Shown here: piece by piece, positions 40,021-53,293 of the stretch
Layout: each line of letters opens with the position of its first letter
Numbering within the stretch: position 1 is the first letter of the stretch
Assembly: GCA_951406725.2 (NCBI GenBank)
Contig: OX597817.1
Location: forward strand, 137,268,001 to 137,332,000
Direction of reading: 5' to 3'
Source of the DNA: Octopus vulgaris
Taxonomy: Eukaryota
DNA length: 64,000 nucleotides
Position numbers and translations under genes: made by a program
The notes under the pieces: model-generated
What the model saw: only the letters and a program-made list of their open reading frames with translations
Told to the model about the DNA's origin: nothing
Database searches by the model: none

Positions 40021-42960
40021 AGAGAAATGATGGCGAAATGAGATGAAAGTAAACAAAGTAGTATGTGAACACGTGAATGATGCAATCCTACTGATGCAAG
40101 AAAACCTCCTAAAAGGGCCAAACAAGGATCCTCACAGATCCATGATTACCTTGAGCCCCATTGGATCCTCGCCTAACTGCTGTTCTCAGTCATGCTTTAG
40201 AGTAGGGCGATTCATCTCAACCATTTTTGCCACAGTCACCCATCTTTTCACAGGTTCACTGGGAAATAGTACTTTCCTTTCCAACTAGAACTTAAAATAT
40301 CGATGAAAGCTTAACCGAAGACGAAGACGTCTTTCCTTTCAGCCTCTTCCACCACACAACCTCTTCCTCCATAGCATCTAGACGGAAGAACATTGTTGAA
40401 TAGGAAGTTGTAATTTAGGCTCTTTGCGACTGGAAACCTGAAGATGCCACATTCGTTCTATGGATCTCAGAGATGTAAAAAAAAACCCCATAATTTATCG
40501 AAAGGCGGCGAGCTATGTTTAGCTCCTTGTGAGCAATAAAGAAATAAGAAACGTTAGCACGCCGGGCGAAATGCGTAGCCGTATTTTGTCTGCCGTTAGG
40601 TTCTGAGTTCAAATTCCGCCGAGGTCGACTTTGCCTTTCATTCTTTCGGGGTCGATAAATAAAGTACCAGTTACGTACTGGGGTCGATGTAATCGACTTA
40701 ATCCGTTTGTCTGTCCTTGTTTGTCCCCTCTATGTTTAGCCCCTTGTGGGCAGTAAAGAAACAGATAAGAAAGTCATAAGAAAGAGACTAACAGGCCAAG
40801 AATCTCGAACAAGTCGTGTCTCTTGGATTGGTCACTTTTCACCAGTGATGTGCTTGCTAGGACTCAGATAGCAAAAAGTGCCTATGAATATTGTCAAACA
40901 CTTAGTTTAGGTCTGATATTTACGGGGAATGAGAGCGTGATGTGGTGACGTTCAGGACGGTTGTCAGGTAAATTAATGGTGAACATGAGATCACTGCACT
41001 GGCCAGAATCAGAACCAGATTAGCGATTCGTATTATGGCTTCTACATGCAGCACTGAATTTAATAAATCATAAAAATTTGTAACTAACGAAAAGCAAGAG
41101 TTAAGTAATAATCACAAAAATTCTCAAGTGCCAAAAGACTGAAGAGAAATACATGATGGCTATCGTTAGTGACCCACGAGGGCAAAAAAGCGGAAGGGGG
41201 ATTCGAAGACATTAGGATTGGATTTTTATAAGATAAATTTACTTAGTAGAGATTCCGATTTTGGTTTTTCATAGTTGGATGCCTAAACACGGATCAACAG
41301 TTTGCTCCCCAGCAAAAGAAACTTTAGTTGACCGGATGGTTCTTGGGTGGAATCAAGTGAGAGCAAAACAAGCAAAAGACACAGAATATGCAATTAAGAC
41401 TATAGAAAGGTAGGTACCTGTATAGCTTTTATCTTTTAGTCGTTTCACTCATTAGACTGTGGCCATTCTGGGGCACCGCCTCGACGATTTTTGTTGTCGA
41501 ATGAATCGACTCCAGTACATTTTTTAAAGCCTGGTACTTATTCTGTCTATTTTGTTTGGTGAACTGCTAAGTTACAGGAACGTAGACATACCAACATCAG
41601 CTGTCAAGCCTTGGTGGGGGAAAATCACTGACACACACACACACACACTTCGCATTAAAAATACTGGTAAACTTGTTGCTAACAAACTTGATGTGGCGAG
41701 TCATGAAGATATAATTACTAAAACCTCTCACCACATTGTGAAGAGAAGAATTCATTAAATCTAAACTGAAATCTAATCAAGGTAGGCAGGGAACGCAACT
41801 CCAAATCACAAATAGATTTACTGTTTTTTTTCCCCTCTGATTATTTCGAAATACTTTTCTAATTAATTTCCAAATTTCTTTTTCGTTATTTTGTCTGCAT
41901 TTTTTTATTTTGTCTATTTTCGGTAATTCAATTGTCCTTTTTTTTTATCTTCTTTTAATCTGATAGTTGTCTAATGGTCTGAGAACTGATATAAATATTT
42001 ATATGTTTAGTGACTAATGTACATTTTTTTATACAATTATTACAACTTAAATGTTACAGAATTGACTTAAAGTTATTAAATTCTGTAAAGTCTCTTTTGT
42101 AATGTTATTTTTGTGTGGTTTTCTTCCAAAATTATTGAGGTATTCATTTCCAGTAACGATATTAATTAACAGTCGATCTGTCACTGTAAAATCAATTTAC
42201 CTTTTGGCTTTTCGTTAAAAAATATTGTATCAGTTTATCACCTGATTGTTATTGACACCAAACTATTCAATTTATTGGTTTTCATTTTATGCTTTCGTTG
42301 AATAAGAATGGTTTCCTTTTTGTTTTCGTTTTCAATCTCTTCACAACGAAATTCATTAACTTGTGACGTTCAGTTGACAACGAGGCTATTTATCGAATTA
42401 GTTTGCGTTCATTTTTTTTGTTTTCGCTATCAGTTTTATATGATTCACTTGAGAGACACAATTTTGGTTATATATTGTTTTATTTAAATATGTATCGGCG
42501 CACGCGTGCGTGTGTGAGTGTGGACAAGTGTGTAAGTGTGTATGCGCGTGTATGTAGGAGTGTATGTGTGTATATATATTAGTTTAATTACATTCATACT
42601 AATAATAATTGCCAATAAATGTATACAATAATATTGGTAATGATGGTGGCGTGATGGTAAGGACTGGGGTTTGAAATGGGGGTGGTGATGATGAAGAAGA
42701 TGATGATCACGACGACGACGACGACGATGACGATTATAATGATGATGATGATGAATGAAAGAGCTGATATTAAAATACAAACTAGAAATACTAAATATTT
42801 CCATTCTAAAATTAAAAAAAAGAAAAAGATTTTAATATAGAAACACTACACGCAAAATGCTAAGCTCTAAATATTAATTTGACATGCAAAAATGCTAAGT
42901 TCGAAAATATTAAATAATAAAAAAGAAAATCAATTAGTAAAGCGCTAAAAATCAATAATG

Positions 42961-43047
<87 letters not shown>

Positions 43048-44039
43048 ATAATGCCCTGAAGCAGTACCAGACAGTGGCTCTCATGGCTTCTGATCTTAAC
43101 TGATTGGAAGTGTTATGTGATTGTGATGCATGTGCCTGGTATACCCTTATCAGACGGGTAGTCATGATGGGTATACTAGGCTTACAACTGAACAAAAATT
43201 ATGTTTATTCAGACGAAATCTGCGAATCCTTTTCGTTTTATAGGAAAAATATGGACCGATTTCGAGTGCTAAACTTCTTTTTGAATCAGCGCCATATTTC
43301 CTTTGAGCATTTTTGTAAGAAAGTAAAAGTCGCTTTCCCCGAAGTACGAATACAAATACGGCATGACAAAGATATTGAAAAAGTTTCTTGGTAAGTTCAT
43401 AATCTTTTCTGCTAAATACAAAAGCGCTGAGATTTGTTGGGGAGAGGACACGTCGATTACGATGCTTGAAATGTACTTATTTCATCGACATCCTCACCGG
43501 AATTTCAACAGAATGTAAAGACAGACGAAAAGCCGCAAAGTATTTTATCTGGCGAGGTTAATGGTTCTACCTGCCCGCCGCCTTAATGTCATCATAATAG
43601 AAACAATTTAGAAGCCACTTATTATTCTGTGTTCATCACCATCTTGTGCATTTGAATTTCAGTAAATCACTAAAAAGATTTTATCACAAAGAAATATTTA
43701 GCAAAGCTGCACAGACAGACTATACGTCTGTTTTCATGCAGTTTAGTACGTTTTTCTCTATCCTTCATCTGTAACCTACTAAACTTCTACTCCTTAAAAC
43801 CAAACATATTGTTTTAAGCATTTATATTGCTTCTATTCTTCTCTTACGATTTATTTCTCTGGACGACTTACAATTCGGGGTTACAATTAGGGTCGTAGTA
43901 AACTCCTTTAGCACTTTGTAACTATATATATATATATATATCAATTAATTTTGCAAGATTCCTGATGTGAAACCGTGTGTTGAAACAGATATTGTTGTGT
44001 TTCGAGATGGTCATTTTATTTATTTATTTAACTATTATT

Positions 44040-44621
44040 ATTATTCTATGTTTGACTTTTGCTTTATATTTGTACAAGTTGGCTCCAAGTCTCACCCAGA
44101 GACCTCAAGAGACAACAGGGTTGGAAGTTCATGTTGTTGTTATGCCTAGTGTGCCATATATTTGGGGGGTGGGGGTGTTGTACTAATGAATGTCTAAAAA
44201 AAAGTTTTTTTTTGTTTTTTGTTTTTTTTTAAACCGAAAATTATGTTTGTTTTAAACCTTGAGATTACATAGAAAGTATTTTGCGTAGGATATGAGCAGT
44301 TCCCATGAGCACTATCTTTTGAATTTCTGCCATTTTTGGGTTTCCTGGCATCTGAGTTAGGTAGCTATCAGCCCCTTTTGCTATCATTCCCAGGGCACCT
44401 ATGACAACAGGTATTGTTTTAGTCTTCAGCTTCCACATTTTGCTGATTTCTATTTCAAGATCTTTATATTTGCTCAGATTTTGGTAGGTCTTGACAGATA
44501 CGTTTATATCGATTGGGACAGTCATATCAATGAGGAGGCATGTTCTTTGTTTGAAGTCTTTCAATATGATGTCTGGCCTATTTGCATCTATGTTTCTGTC
44601 AGTTTTAATGGTGAAGTTCCA

Positions 44622-44622
<1 letters not shown>
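44040..44622 (-). mobile_element. R4/Dong-like RLE 3' end inserted in (AAT)n
   Basis: WNFTIKTDRNIDANRPDIILKD..CLLIDMTVP..KYKDLEIE..IPVVIGALG..GTAHILRKIL. Confidence 0.85.
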
Positions 44623-44680
<58 letters not shown>

Positions 44681-44695
44681 CTTTATTATTATTAC

Positions 44696-44806
<111 letters not shown>

Positions 44807-44830
44807 CATTATTATTATTATTATTATTAT

Positions 44831-45046
44831 TTGCTAAATAAACACGCGTTCTATATTTTTTCTTCACTCGTTTATTACTCCTTTTCTTTTATTACTTTAA
44901 CGCCTGTCCATTGTCCGGAAATATTTCGCCACATGTGAGACCTCTTCAGCGGCACTTTTCGTTTCTGTAAGTGCTCTTGCTCCATTTACTTCATTCTCTG
45001 AGCAAAGTGAAGAAGAAAAAATATAGTACGTGTGTTTATTTGGCAA
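44831..45046 (-). mobile_element. Small fold-back element with degenerate HHR (44915-44952)
   Basis: IR 44831-44867 / 45007-45046; minus strand ccg CUGAAGA ggtctcacatgtggc GAAAU AU UUC cgg. Confidence 0.5.
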
Positions 45047-45089
45047 AAATTAAAAGTAAAAGTTAAAATTAAAATGACCATCCCGAAAT

Positions 45090-45138
<49 letters not shown>

Positions 45139-45686
45139 ATATATATACGTATATATAAGTAACAATTGCAGGACAAGTGTCATTCATTACGGTTGTTTTA
45201 ACGAATCCTTTAATTAGTTAATGAATAAATTACATCACCATAAAGAAACCATTTCTGTCAATTGAAATAGTAGCAGAATCAGAGAAAATGTTTGGCTCAG
45301 TGGCATTTAAAACATGTTAAATCATTTGGAATTTCTTTAGTTGTAAAGTTCATGTATTCATCTGAGGAAAACGGTTTCTTTATAATGGTATAATATATTC
45401 ATTAATAAATTAAAGGAGTCGTTAGAAACAACTGGAATGAATTGACACCTGTCCTACAGTTGTTACTTATTTATATGTTATTCACCAAAGTATGTTATGG
45501 ACTGTATTCTTAATAAAATGTAAATGTCTGAATAGCTTAAAAGCGGATTATATACTCAACTGGGTCAAATTGTCTTCATGCACTTCAAGAATATCATTCT
45601 GCCGGTACTTCTGTACCAAAGTTGATATTTACATAATATTGTTGTGTGTGTAAATTACTCCGACCTAACGAAGTGTCTCAAATTAA

Positions 45687-45733
<47 letters not shown>

Positions 45734-45898
45734 GCAGGAGTGGCTGTGTGGTAAGTAAGTAGCTTGCTAACCAACTACATGGTTCCGGGTTCAGTCCCAC
45801 TGCGTGGCATCTTGGGCAAGTGTCTTCTACTAGAGCCTCGGGCCGACCAAAGCCTTGTGAGTGGATTTGGTAGACGGAAACTGAAAAAGCCCGTCGTA

Positions 45899-45937
<39 letters not shown>

Positions 45938-46129
45938 GAGTTAATCAGGTAACCAATGATTTCAAGGAGAGATTTTCATATTTGTCCAAACGTTTCATGA
46001 AAGTGTTGTCATTCGTCTCCATTTTGGATTTCCATCCAAACTGGAGACGAGTGACGGTCTCTATACAAGAAACAATTGGTCTCCTTTTTAACCCACAAAT
46101 AAAGAATATTTATCCACCAATCACTCCTC

Positions 46130-46407
<278 letters not shown>

Positions 46408-46765
46408 AAAAACACACACACACACACAAACGTATTAGAAACACAGAAGTAGCGGAACAGTTCAAAAAGAAATCAATAAAAGGAAAATAATTCTCCTAAA
46501 GATTCCCAGTGTGTTTTAATGATCAGGGTAGATAAAGATACATTAGAATAAAGTGGAGAACTAATGAATTGGAAATGGAGAACAATAAAACAGTTAATTA
46601 GACTTAGTGATAGCTTAATAAAGAGTAATTAATTAGACGCCCATTCATTGAAAGACAAGAGGGAAAAAAATGAAATCATTTCATTGAAGTTTATTGCATA
46701 AAATGTTTCTCTTAAATTTCTCTCCATCTCCTACTCACTCTGCATGTATCTATCTATCTAGCTAT

Positions 46766-46881
<116 letters not shown>

Positions 46882-47182
46882 CATATATATATACATATAT
46901 CAATTGAAATAGAACACAAAGGATGTCGCGGTACACATGTTTCGAGCTTTATAAAACAACTTATTCTTACATCAATGTGTACCGCGACATCCTTTGTGTT
47001 CTGTTTCTTATTTCATTTGATACATATATCCTCTCACCTTTGCTACTAGCTGGCATATACAGGTGCTTACATTTATCAAGTATTCACCCTGAATTTATTA
47101 TATGTATATATCACTATCACTGTCCCTGTTTCCCTAGTTCTCTCTGAATCTATATGCACATATACATTTAACACAGGTCACA

Positions 47183-47231
<49 letters not shown>

Positions 47232-47378
47232 TTACACTCACATACAAACACATACACAAACACATTCTCATTTCTTTACAAAGACAAGTCAGCTTAAAAC
47301 ACGAGTAATGAAATTGAGAAATGACAGTTCGAACATATTTGCAAAAAGCACTCACATACACACAAACACACACCTGTA

Positions 47379-47888
47379 CTTGCTTTGCTATTTCTTGTTT
47401 TTCTCATCCTTTAGTATGACCTTCTAACCCTTACCCACCATTCGTGTCCTTATGTAAACCAGGGTGAGTTGCGCTCCGCTACTTAATAATTGAAACAATG
47501 TATTGTGAATGCACAAACGAAAAATGTTTTAAATGTATAGCGTATATTGAGTGCACGAACGGACGGGAGACAGACACAGAAGGTCCCTAATTCTTCATCA
47601 GTTATCAACCAAATGGTTTTACTCAGTTTCGAACCATTAATAAGAGTGAGGGGCTTCTCATGCTGGAGGGGCCCGGAGAATATAGGGCCGAGAGCGAAGA
47701 AAACATGGATAACAAGCGATACAGAGTGGACATGCGAAAGTGAATAAATATAATCTAAGACGAAGGAGAAAGTGGAAATGAATAAGAGACAAGCGAAGAA
47801 TAGTCTCAAGGCCAAAAGGACACGTATGGTGGGTAAGGGTTAGAAGGTCATACTAAAAGATGAGAAAAACAAGAAATAGCAAAGCAAG
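47379..47888 (-). mobile_element. Fold-back PLE-like fragment with ~73-bp terminal IRs
   Basis: 47379-47451 is the reverse complement of 47816-47888; internal SKLSKTIWL resembles the GIY-YIG LSKLVW segment. Confidence 0.55.
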
Positions 47889-47910
47889 AAAACACAGAAA
47901 ATTTAGGAGC

Positions 47911-48703
47911 GGTCGATAAAATGACTTAGCATTGCGCCAAACATGATCGATAAAGTGACTTAGCGGTTCGACAAACTAGATCTATAAAATGCCTTTGCGT
48001 TTCGCCAACCGTGATCGATTAATGACTTGGCGGTTCGCAAAACGAGATCGATAAAATGACTTAGCGGTTCGCTAAAGAAGATCGATAAAATGACTTAGCG
48101 GTTCGACAAATGAGTTCGATAAAATGACATAGCGGTTCGACAAACAAGATCGATAAAATGCCTTTGCGTTTCGCCAACCGTAATCGATAAAATAACTTAG
48201 GGGTTCACCAACCTAGATCGATGAAATGACTTAGCGCTTCACCAAACTAGATCGATAAAATGAATTAGCGGTCCGGGTAACGAGATCTATAAAATGACTT
48301 AGCGGTTCGCCAAACTAGATCGATAAAACGACTTAGCGGTTCACCAAGCTAGATGGATAAAATGCCTTTAAGTTTCGCCAACCGTGATCGATTAATGATT
48401 TGGCGATTCGCAAAACGAGATCGATAAAATGACTTAGCGGTTCGACAAAAGTGATCGATAAAATGACCTAGCGGTTCGACAAGTGATCGATAACATGACT
48501 TAGCGGTTCGACAAAAGTGATCGATAAAATGACCTAGCGGTTCGACAAGTGATCGATAACATGACTTAGCGGTTCGACAAAAGTGATCGATAAAATGACT
48601 TAGGGGTTCACCAAACTAGATCGCTAAGATGACTTAGCGGTTCGCCAAAAATGATCGATAAAATGACTTACGGGTTCGCTAAAGAAAATCGATAAAATGA
48701 CTT
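47911..48703 (+). repeat. ~32-bp minisatellite, about 25 units, SINE-related
   Basis: Unit gatcgataaaatgacttagcggttcgacaaaa..; resembles the SINE segment at 24744-24780. Confidence 0.9.
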
Positions 48704-49211
48704 TTACGATAATATGGTGAATCAGGTCAGTTCAAACTATATATATCCCCCTCATTGTACATTTACCAAAATGTAACCTTTTTGAACTTAAAATGTTCTG
48801 TGTATATCTATACAGATACGATACCAATATTCCTCTGAACTTTTTAATAATTCTTTCTGTAAACTGTGTTTAACATTCTCTTAATATTATCAAAGAATGT
48901 ATATATGTGTTGTAATCTTTTGTACCCGATATTTTAATTTTTTTATATTTTCCCAAGATTTTCCCTTATAAACTGTTTTTGACATTTTCTTATTATTATC
49001 AAAGAATGTATATATGTATTGTAATATTTTGTGACAACCACTACCTAACACAACAAAGCTTTTACATGTTACTTTTGACAATCTTTTCCCAAAAAAGTGA
49101 AACCGGTCAAGTAAATAAACATCTTTTAAAATTGCATTTTCAAACCTTCTTTCATATATAATTCCACTCGTGCGGTACCTTACAACTTCACTTTGTTATA
49201 TATATATGTAT

Positions 49212-49271
<60 letters not shown>

Positions 49272-49328
49272 CGTTTTTGGATTTGGTTTGCAAGATTCTT
49301 TATATGAGTTCGCGTGTTGAAGCATATT

Positions 49329-49543
49329 CTGTTGTGTCTAGGGAGAGTCATTTTCTTTTAGTGTCTTATTATTTAACACACTCACCGGTAAAATTTCCAC
49401 TTATTTCTTTTTTTAATTTTTTTAAAATTTTAATTTTTAAATATTTTATTAAAATATAAAAATAAGAAATAAGTGGAAATTTTACCGGTGAGTGTGTTAA
49501 ATAATAAGGCACTAAAAGAGAATGACTCTCCCCAGACACAACA
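49329..49543. repeat. Fold-back repeat with ~80-bp arms inside (TA)n
   Basis: 49329-49408 is approximately the reverse complement of 49465-49543. Confidence 0.75.
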
Positions 49544-49544
49544 G

Positions 49545-49585
<41 letters not shown>

Positions 49586-50311
49586 ATATATACTTGTATA
49601 CATGTAAGTTTTGAATGTGCGTGTGATTGCACCCGTCTGCGTGTACACACTATTTTATATATATATTAATATATATATGAGTTTTCGTTTATCATGGTCG
49701 TTTTATTAAAGTTTGTTTCTATCGAGATTTGTACGTATGTATATGTATGTGTGAGTGTGTATATGGTTATGTTTGTGGGTGTGTGTATATATGGGTATGT
49801 ATTTGTGTGTATTGTGTTAGGGGTTGGATAATTATATTTATACTTGTATGTATGGATTTCATTTCCATTCATAATTTTTTAAAAAACGTTTGATATCCAC
49901 GAGCAAAGAATTGTTCGGTTTTATTTTGAGTGTTTATGTATGTGTGAATGTGTGTGATTGTTTGCGTAATTTATTTATTTGTATGGGTGTGGGTGTTTAT
50001 ATATTGGTATATATCGTGTTCTGTATGTATGTGTATGTATATGTATGTGTGAGCGGGTATATGTATATTGTTTATGAATGAGTGTTGTATGTGTGTGTGA
50101 GGAAGTATGAATAAGTAATGTGTTGAGTGTATGAGCATGTGTGTGTATATATAGTTTATTTTTGTTTTTTGTTTTTTGGTTTTTGTTTTTTGCTTGTTGT
50201 TTCTTGGTTTTTGTACATTTTTAAATATGAGAACTTTTATAATAGGTTTTTATATTCAATTGTTTATAGGGTTTATTTTAGATTATTTTAGATCGAAATT
50301 TTATCGAAAAT

Positions 50312-50355
50312 CCACCTGAAGATTGTCGGTAGCAGACATGAAACAATTGTTGTGG
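50312..50355 (+). ncRNA. Minimal type I hammerhead ribozyme
   Basis: ccac CUGAAGA t tgtc-ggtagca-gaca t GAAAC AAUU GUU gtgg; followed by the TA-tail family sequence. Confidence 0.7.
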
Positions 50356-50527
50356 CGGTTTATTTAATTTATATTAAAATTTTATGTATTGATTAAGTCT
50401 TTTCTTGTTTGGTTTTAAAATAGTGGTTTTGTCTCGAATTATATTATATAATATTTTACTATAAAATTGGATTTAACCCTAAATCTGATTTTTCCCTGTA
50501 ATTTTGGATTCATTCCCTAATATTTAT

Positions 50528-50605
<78 letters not shown>

Positions 50606-50645
50606 ATGTTATATTTACACGTTTGCATGCATCATATATTCTCAG

Positions 50646-50769
50646 GTTATATGAGTTGGATGATCTGTGCCAAAGTTACAAAGATGCAGATCCAACCCTT
50701 CACTTTCCCGAGTTGAAGCGCTTACAAAGGTTTTTCAAGTTCGAGTTACAAGAAATACCTTTTATAAAG
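50646..50769 (+). CDS. Internal exon of gene B (LYELDDLCQSYKDADPTLHFPELKRLQRFFKFELQEIPFIK)
   Basis: ttctcag| and AAG|gtgagt; 124 nt, phase 2-0, open. Confidence 0.75.
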
Positions 50770-50905
50770 GTGAGTGACTTTTATCTTTTATTCTGTTAAT
50801 TAGATGAACACCTCAATCTGCACCACCTTTTCAGTTGATAGGCTGCAATAAGTTCCTTTACTTTTGCACACATACGCTCGCCACCTAATAGCATATTTAA
50901 CAAAA

Positions 50906-50959
<54 letters not shown>

Positions 50960-51359
50960 AAGAAGAAAAAGAAAAAGAATAAGAAGACAATAGGAAAGAG
51001 AAGTTAGACAAATTCTAATGCAATAAAGCTGTTGTCATCATCATCATCATGATGGTCGTAATCGCCGTCGTCGTCATCATCATTATCATCATCATCAAGA
51101 TAGTCATAATCGTCGTCATCGTTGTTGATATCAATGATAAGTGTGCAGATGTACAGTCACGCGTCATTCAGTGAGAAGTGGATCGCCCTCCTCTACACGT
51201 TTCTGGCTCAAAGCAGCTGTAATCCAGCCATGACCATCAATGTCTGATCGCATCAAATTATGTTTACCCAAAATGGTGTAGGTCATTTCTCTTGTCTTTG
51301 TGAGTGTTTGTCTAGTCTTTGTAAAACCCAGAGTCAGCTCCGCTGCCTCAGGCACCACC

Positions 51360-51459
51360 NNNNNNNNNNNNNNNNNNNNNNNNNNNNNNNNNNNNNNNNN
51401 NNNNNNNNNNNNNNNNNNNNNNNNNNNNNNNNNNNNNNNNNNNNNNNNNNNNNNNNNNN
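51360..51459. other. Assembly gap (100 N)
   Basis: Run of n. Confidence 1.
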
Positions 51460-52036
51460 ATATACATAAGAATTTTTTGCGTAATAAGATAAAAAACCAA
51501 GGCTGTATAGATATTAGATCATTTATAGATAGGTCTTACAACTGTTTCTCGGATATTTATTAATGATATCTTTTCATCGAAGACGGTGTGAGAGGAAAAA
51601 TTAAGTCATAGTTAGTTTCGATGTGATACAAAATAGAGAGTGAGGTGGAGGAAAGAAAATAGATGTAAGATATGTATGGATATTGAAGTTGTTATACTGT
51701 TTTATTGGCATAAAGGTATATATGCAATATTCCAATATCCTTTGAGTAAAATATTCCTTCACAAAAGACTTTTCTCTTACTCTCCTCTCCAAAACAAAGG
51801 ACCTCATTCGAAGAATGCGATGGAAGGCGTTTTTCCACGATAAGCCAAAATATAGAACTGACAATAATACCCATACATATCTTACATCTATTTTCTTTTT
51901 TCACACCGTCTCCGATGAAGGGATATTATTATTAATTAATATTCTAGAAACAGCTGTAAGACCTTTTATCTATAAATGCTCTAATATCTATACAGCCTTG
52001 GCTTTTTTATCTTATTACGCAAAAACTTCTTATATA
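51460..52036 (+). mobile_element. Non-autonomous PLE derivative with inverted arms and N-terminal ORF remnant
   Basis: Left arm 51460-51682 is the interrupted reverse complement of 51862-52036; centre reads KTKDLIRRMRWKAFF. Confidence 0.7.
51908..51962 (+). ncRNA. Type I hammerhead-like ribozyme with CCGAUGA core variant
   Basis: gtct CCGAUGA a gggatatt..aatattcta GAAAC AGCU GUA agac; palindrome ACAGCTGT; antisense copy at 51533-51584. Confidence 0.6.
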
Positions 52037-52255
52037 CACACGCTGACATAGAACCAACGTTGAGCCATTTATTTGCAATATTACCGAATCTGGAACTTAA
52101 CTATGGTCTGTCTATAGCACGTATTCAGCATTACCTGACACCTTTGGGTCTCAATGACACCATTATCTCTTACATATATATACATATATATATATATATA
52201 TACATATACACAAAATATGGGGGGGGGTTAATTCATAGGTGACCTAAACGACTAG

Positions 52256-52540
52256 GTACGGTGGAAAAGGGCTGTAATGGATTACCAGGGCTCCAAGCTC
52301 TTAGCCGAGACGGGAGTTATAGAACCATTGTAGATTTCCAATATAACGGATATATATTTATTAAAGAGGACAACATTTGTGTTCGTTCCCCACGACCACC
52401 AAAATCGCTTGACAACCGATGTTGGTGCATTTATGTACCCGTAACTTAACGTTTCGGCAAAAAGAGACCGATAGGTTACGTACCAGGCTTAGAAAATATA
52501 AGTTCTGGGAGTTGATTCATTCAACTCAAATTCTTCAAGG
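52256..52540 (+). repeat. 285-bp inverted duplication, arm 1 (partner 55476-55760)
   Basis: Near-identical reverse complement: ~140 bp non-SINE part plus SINE 3' part. Confidence 0.9.
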
Positions 52541-52623
52541 CGGTGCCCCAGCCTGGCCGCAGTATGAAACAAAGAAGAGATAAAAGATAAAAGTTACGTA
52601 ATAAATAAAATATTTATCTTCAG

Positions 52624-52680
52624 TTCTACACCCGGAACATTCCTGATGTTTCTGCAATTTGTTTCCTTATTCCTGATTAA
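52624..52680 (+). CDS. Alternative candidate last coding segment of gene B (FYTRNIPDVSAICFLIPD*)
   Basis: tttatcttcag| acceptor, phase 0; downstream donor cag|gtaaga at 53062. Confidence 0.4.
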   Translation, partial: FYTRNIPDVSAICFLIPD

Positions 52681-53206
52681 GGCACCTCCCCTTTTTATCG
52701 GACTATATAAACCGATCAGAGTGTGGACATGAAGGGTAGATTTTGCTGCTAATTACGATAGATCAAACATTAAGTTCACTCGTCACGGAAGATCGTATTT
52801 ATTTGTCCAATTACTGTGTGCTGATTAAAAATGCCATGTTCATAGAAGGGAACATGAGTTTTCTAGTGAACGCGTGCATACATGTGAACCTGGACCACCA
52901 TGAATTACTCCCACATTGAAAATATGGTTACTTCCCATGAACTATGCATTTAAGTACTCGATAAAACCTATTGCGGAAATAATGTGTGTTCCATCGTGTT
53001 TGACTTCTGGCACTAATAAATCCACCATCCATATAGATTGTTGTCTGAAATACTGCATCAGGTAAGAAATTTTCAGTAGTGTCTGCGTGGATCGCCATCT
53101 TCATCTAAACATACTCTTTCATATGAACAGCGTACGATTGTTACAGATAACTGTTTTTAATTATTGATTATGTGTTTTCTGATTTTTTAAAAATTTTCTA
53201 TTTCAG

Positions 53207-53293
53207 GCGACTCTGAAAATACTCTTTCTGCCTGAAGGTCTCCTTAAGGAATGGCTTAGTATTCGACATCTTCCGATGCTGGTTACAGACTAA
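53207..53293 (+). CDS. Candidate terminal exon of gene B (ATLKILFLPEGLLKEWLSIRHLPMLVTD*)
   Basis: Strong ttttctatttcag| acceptor; phase 0 open to TAA; could instead be a 3' UTR exon. Confidence 0.45.
   Translation, partial: ATLKILFLPEGLLKEWLSIRHLPMLVTD

Noticed and set aside
47911-48703. CRISPR-like array of ~32-bp repeats
   Set aside because: Units are contiguous with no unique spacers, there are no cas genes, and the context is eukaryotic; it is a minisatellite
52261-52449. Duplicated 62-aa ORF (also 55567-55755) as a small gene pair
   Set aside because: GTG start, runs into SINE sequence, and is explained by the inverted duplication
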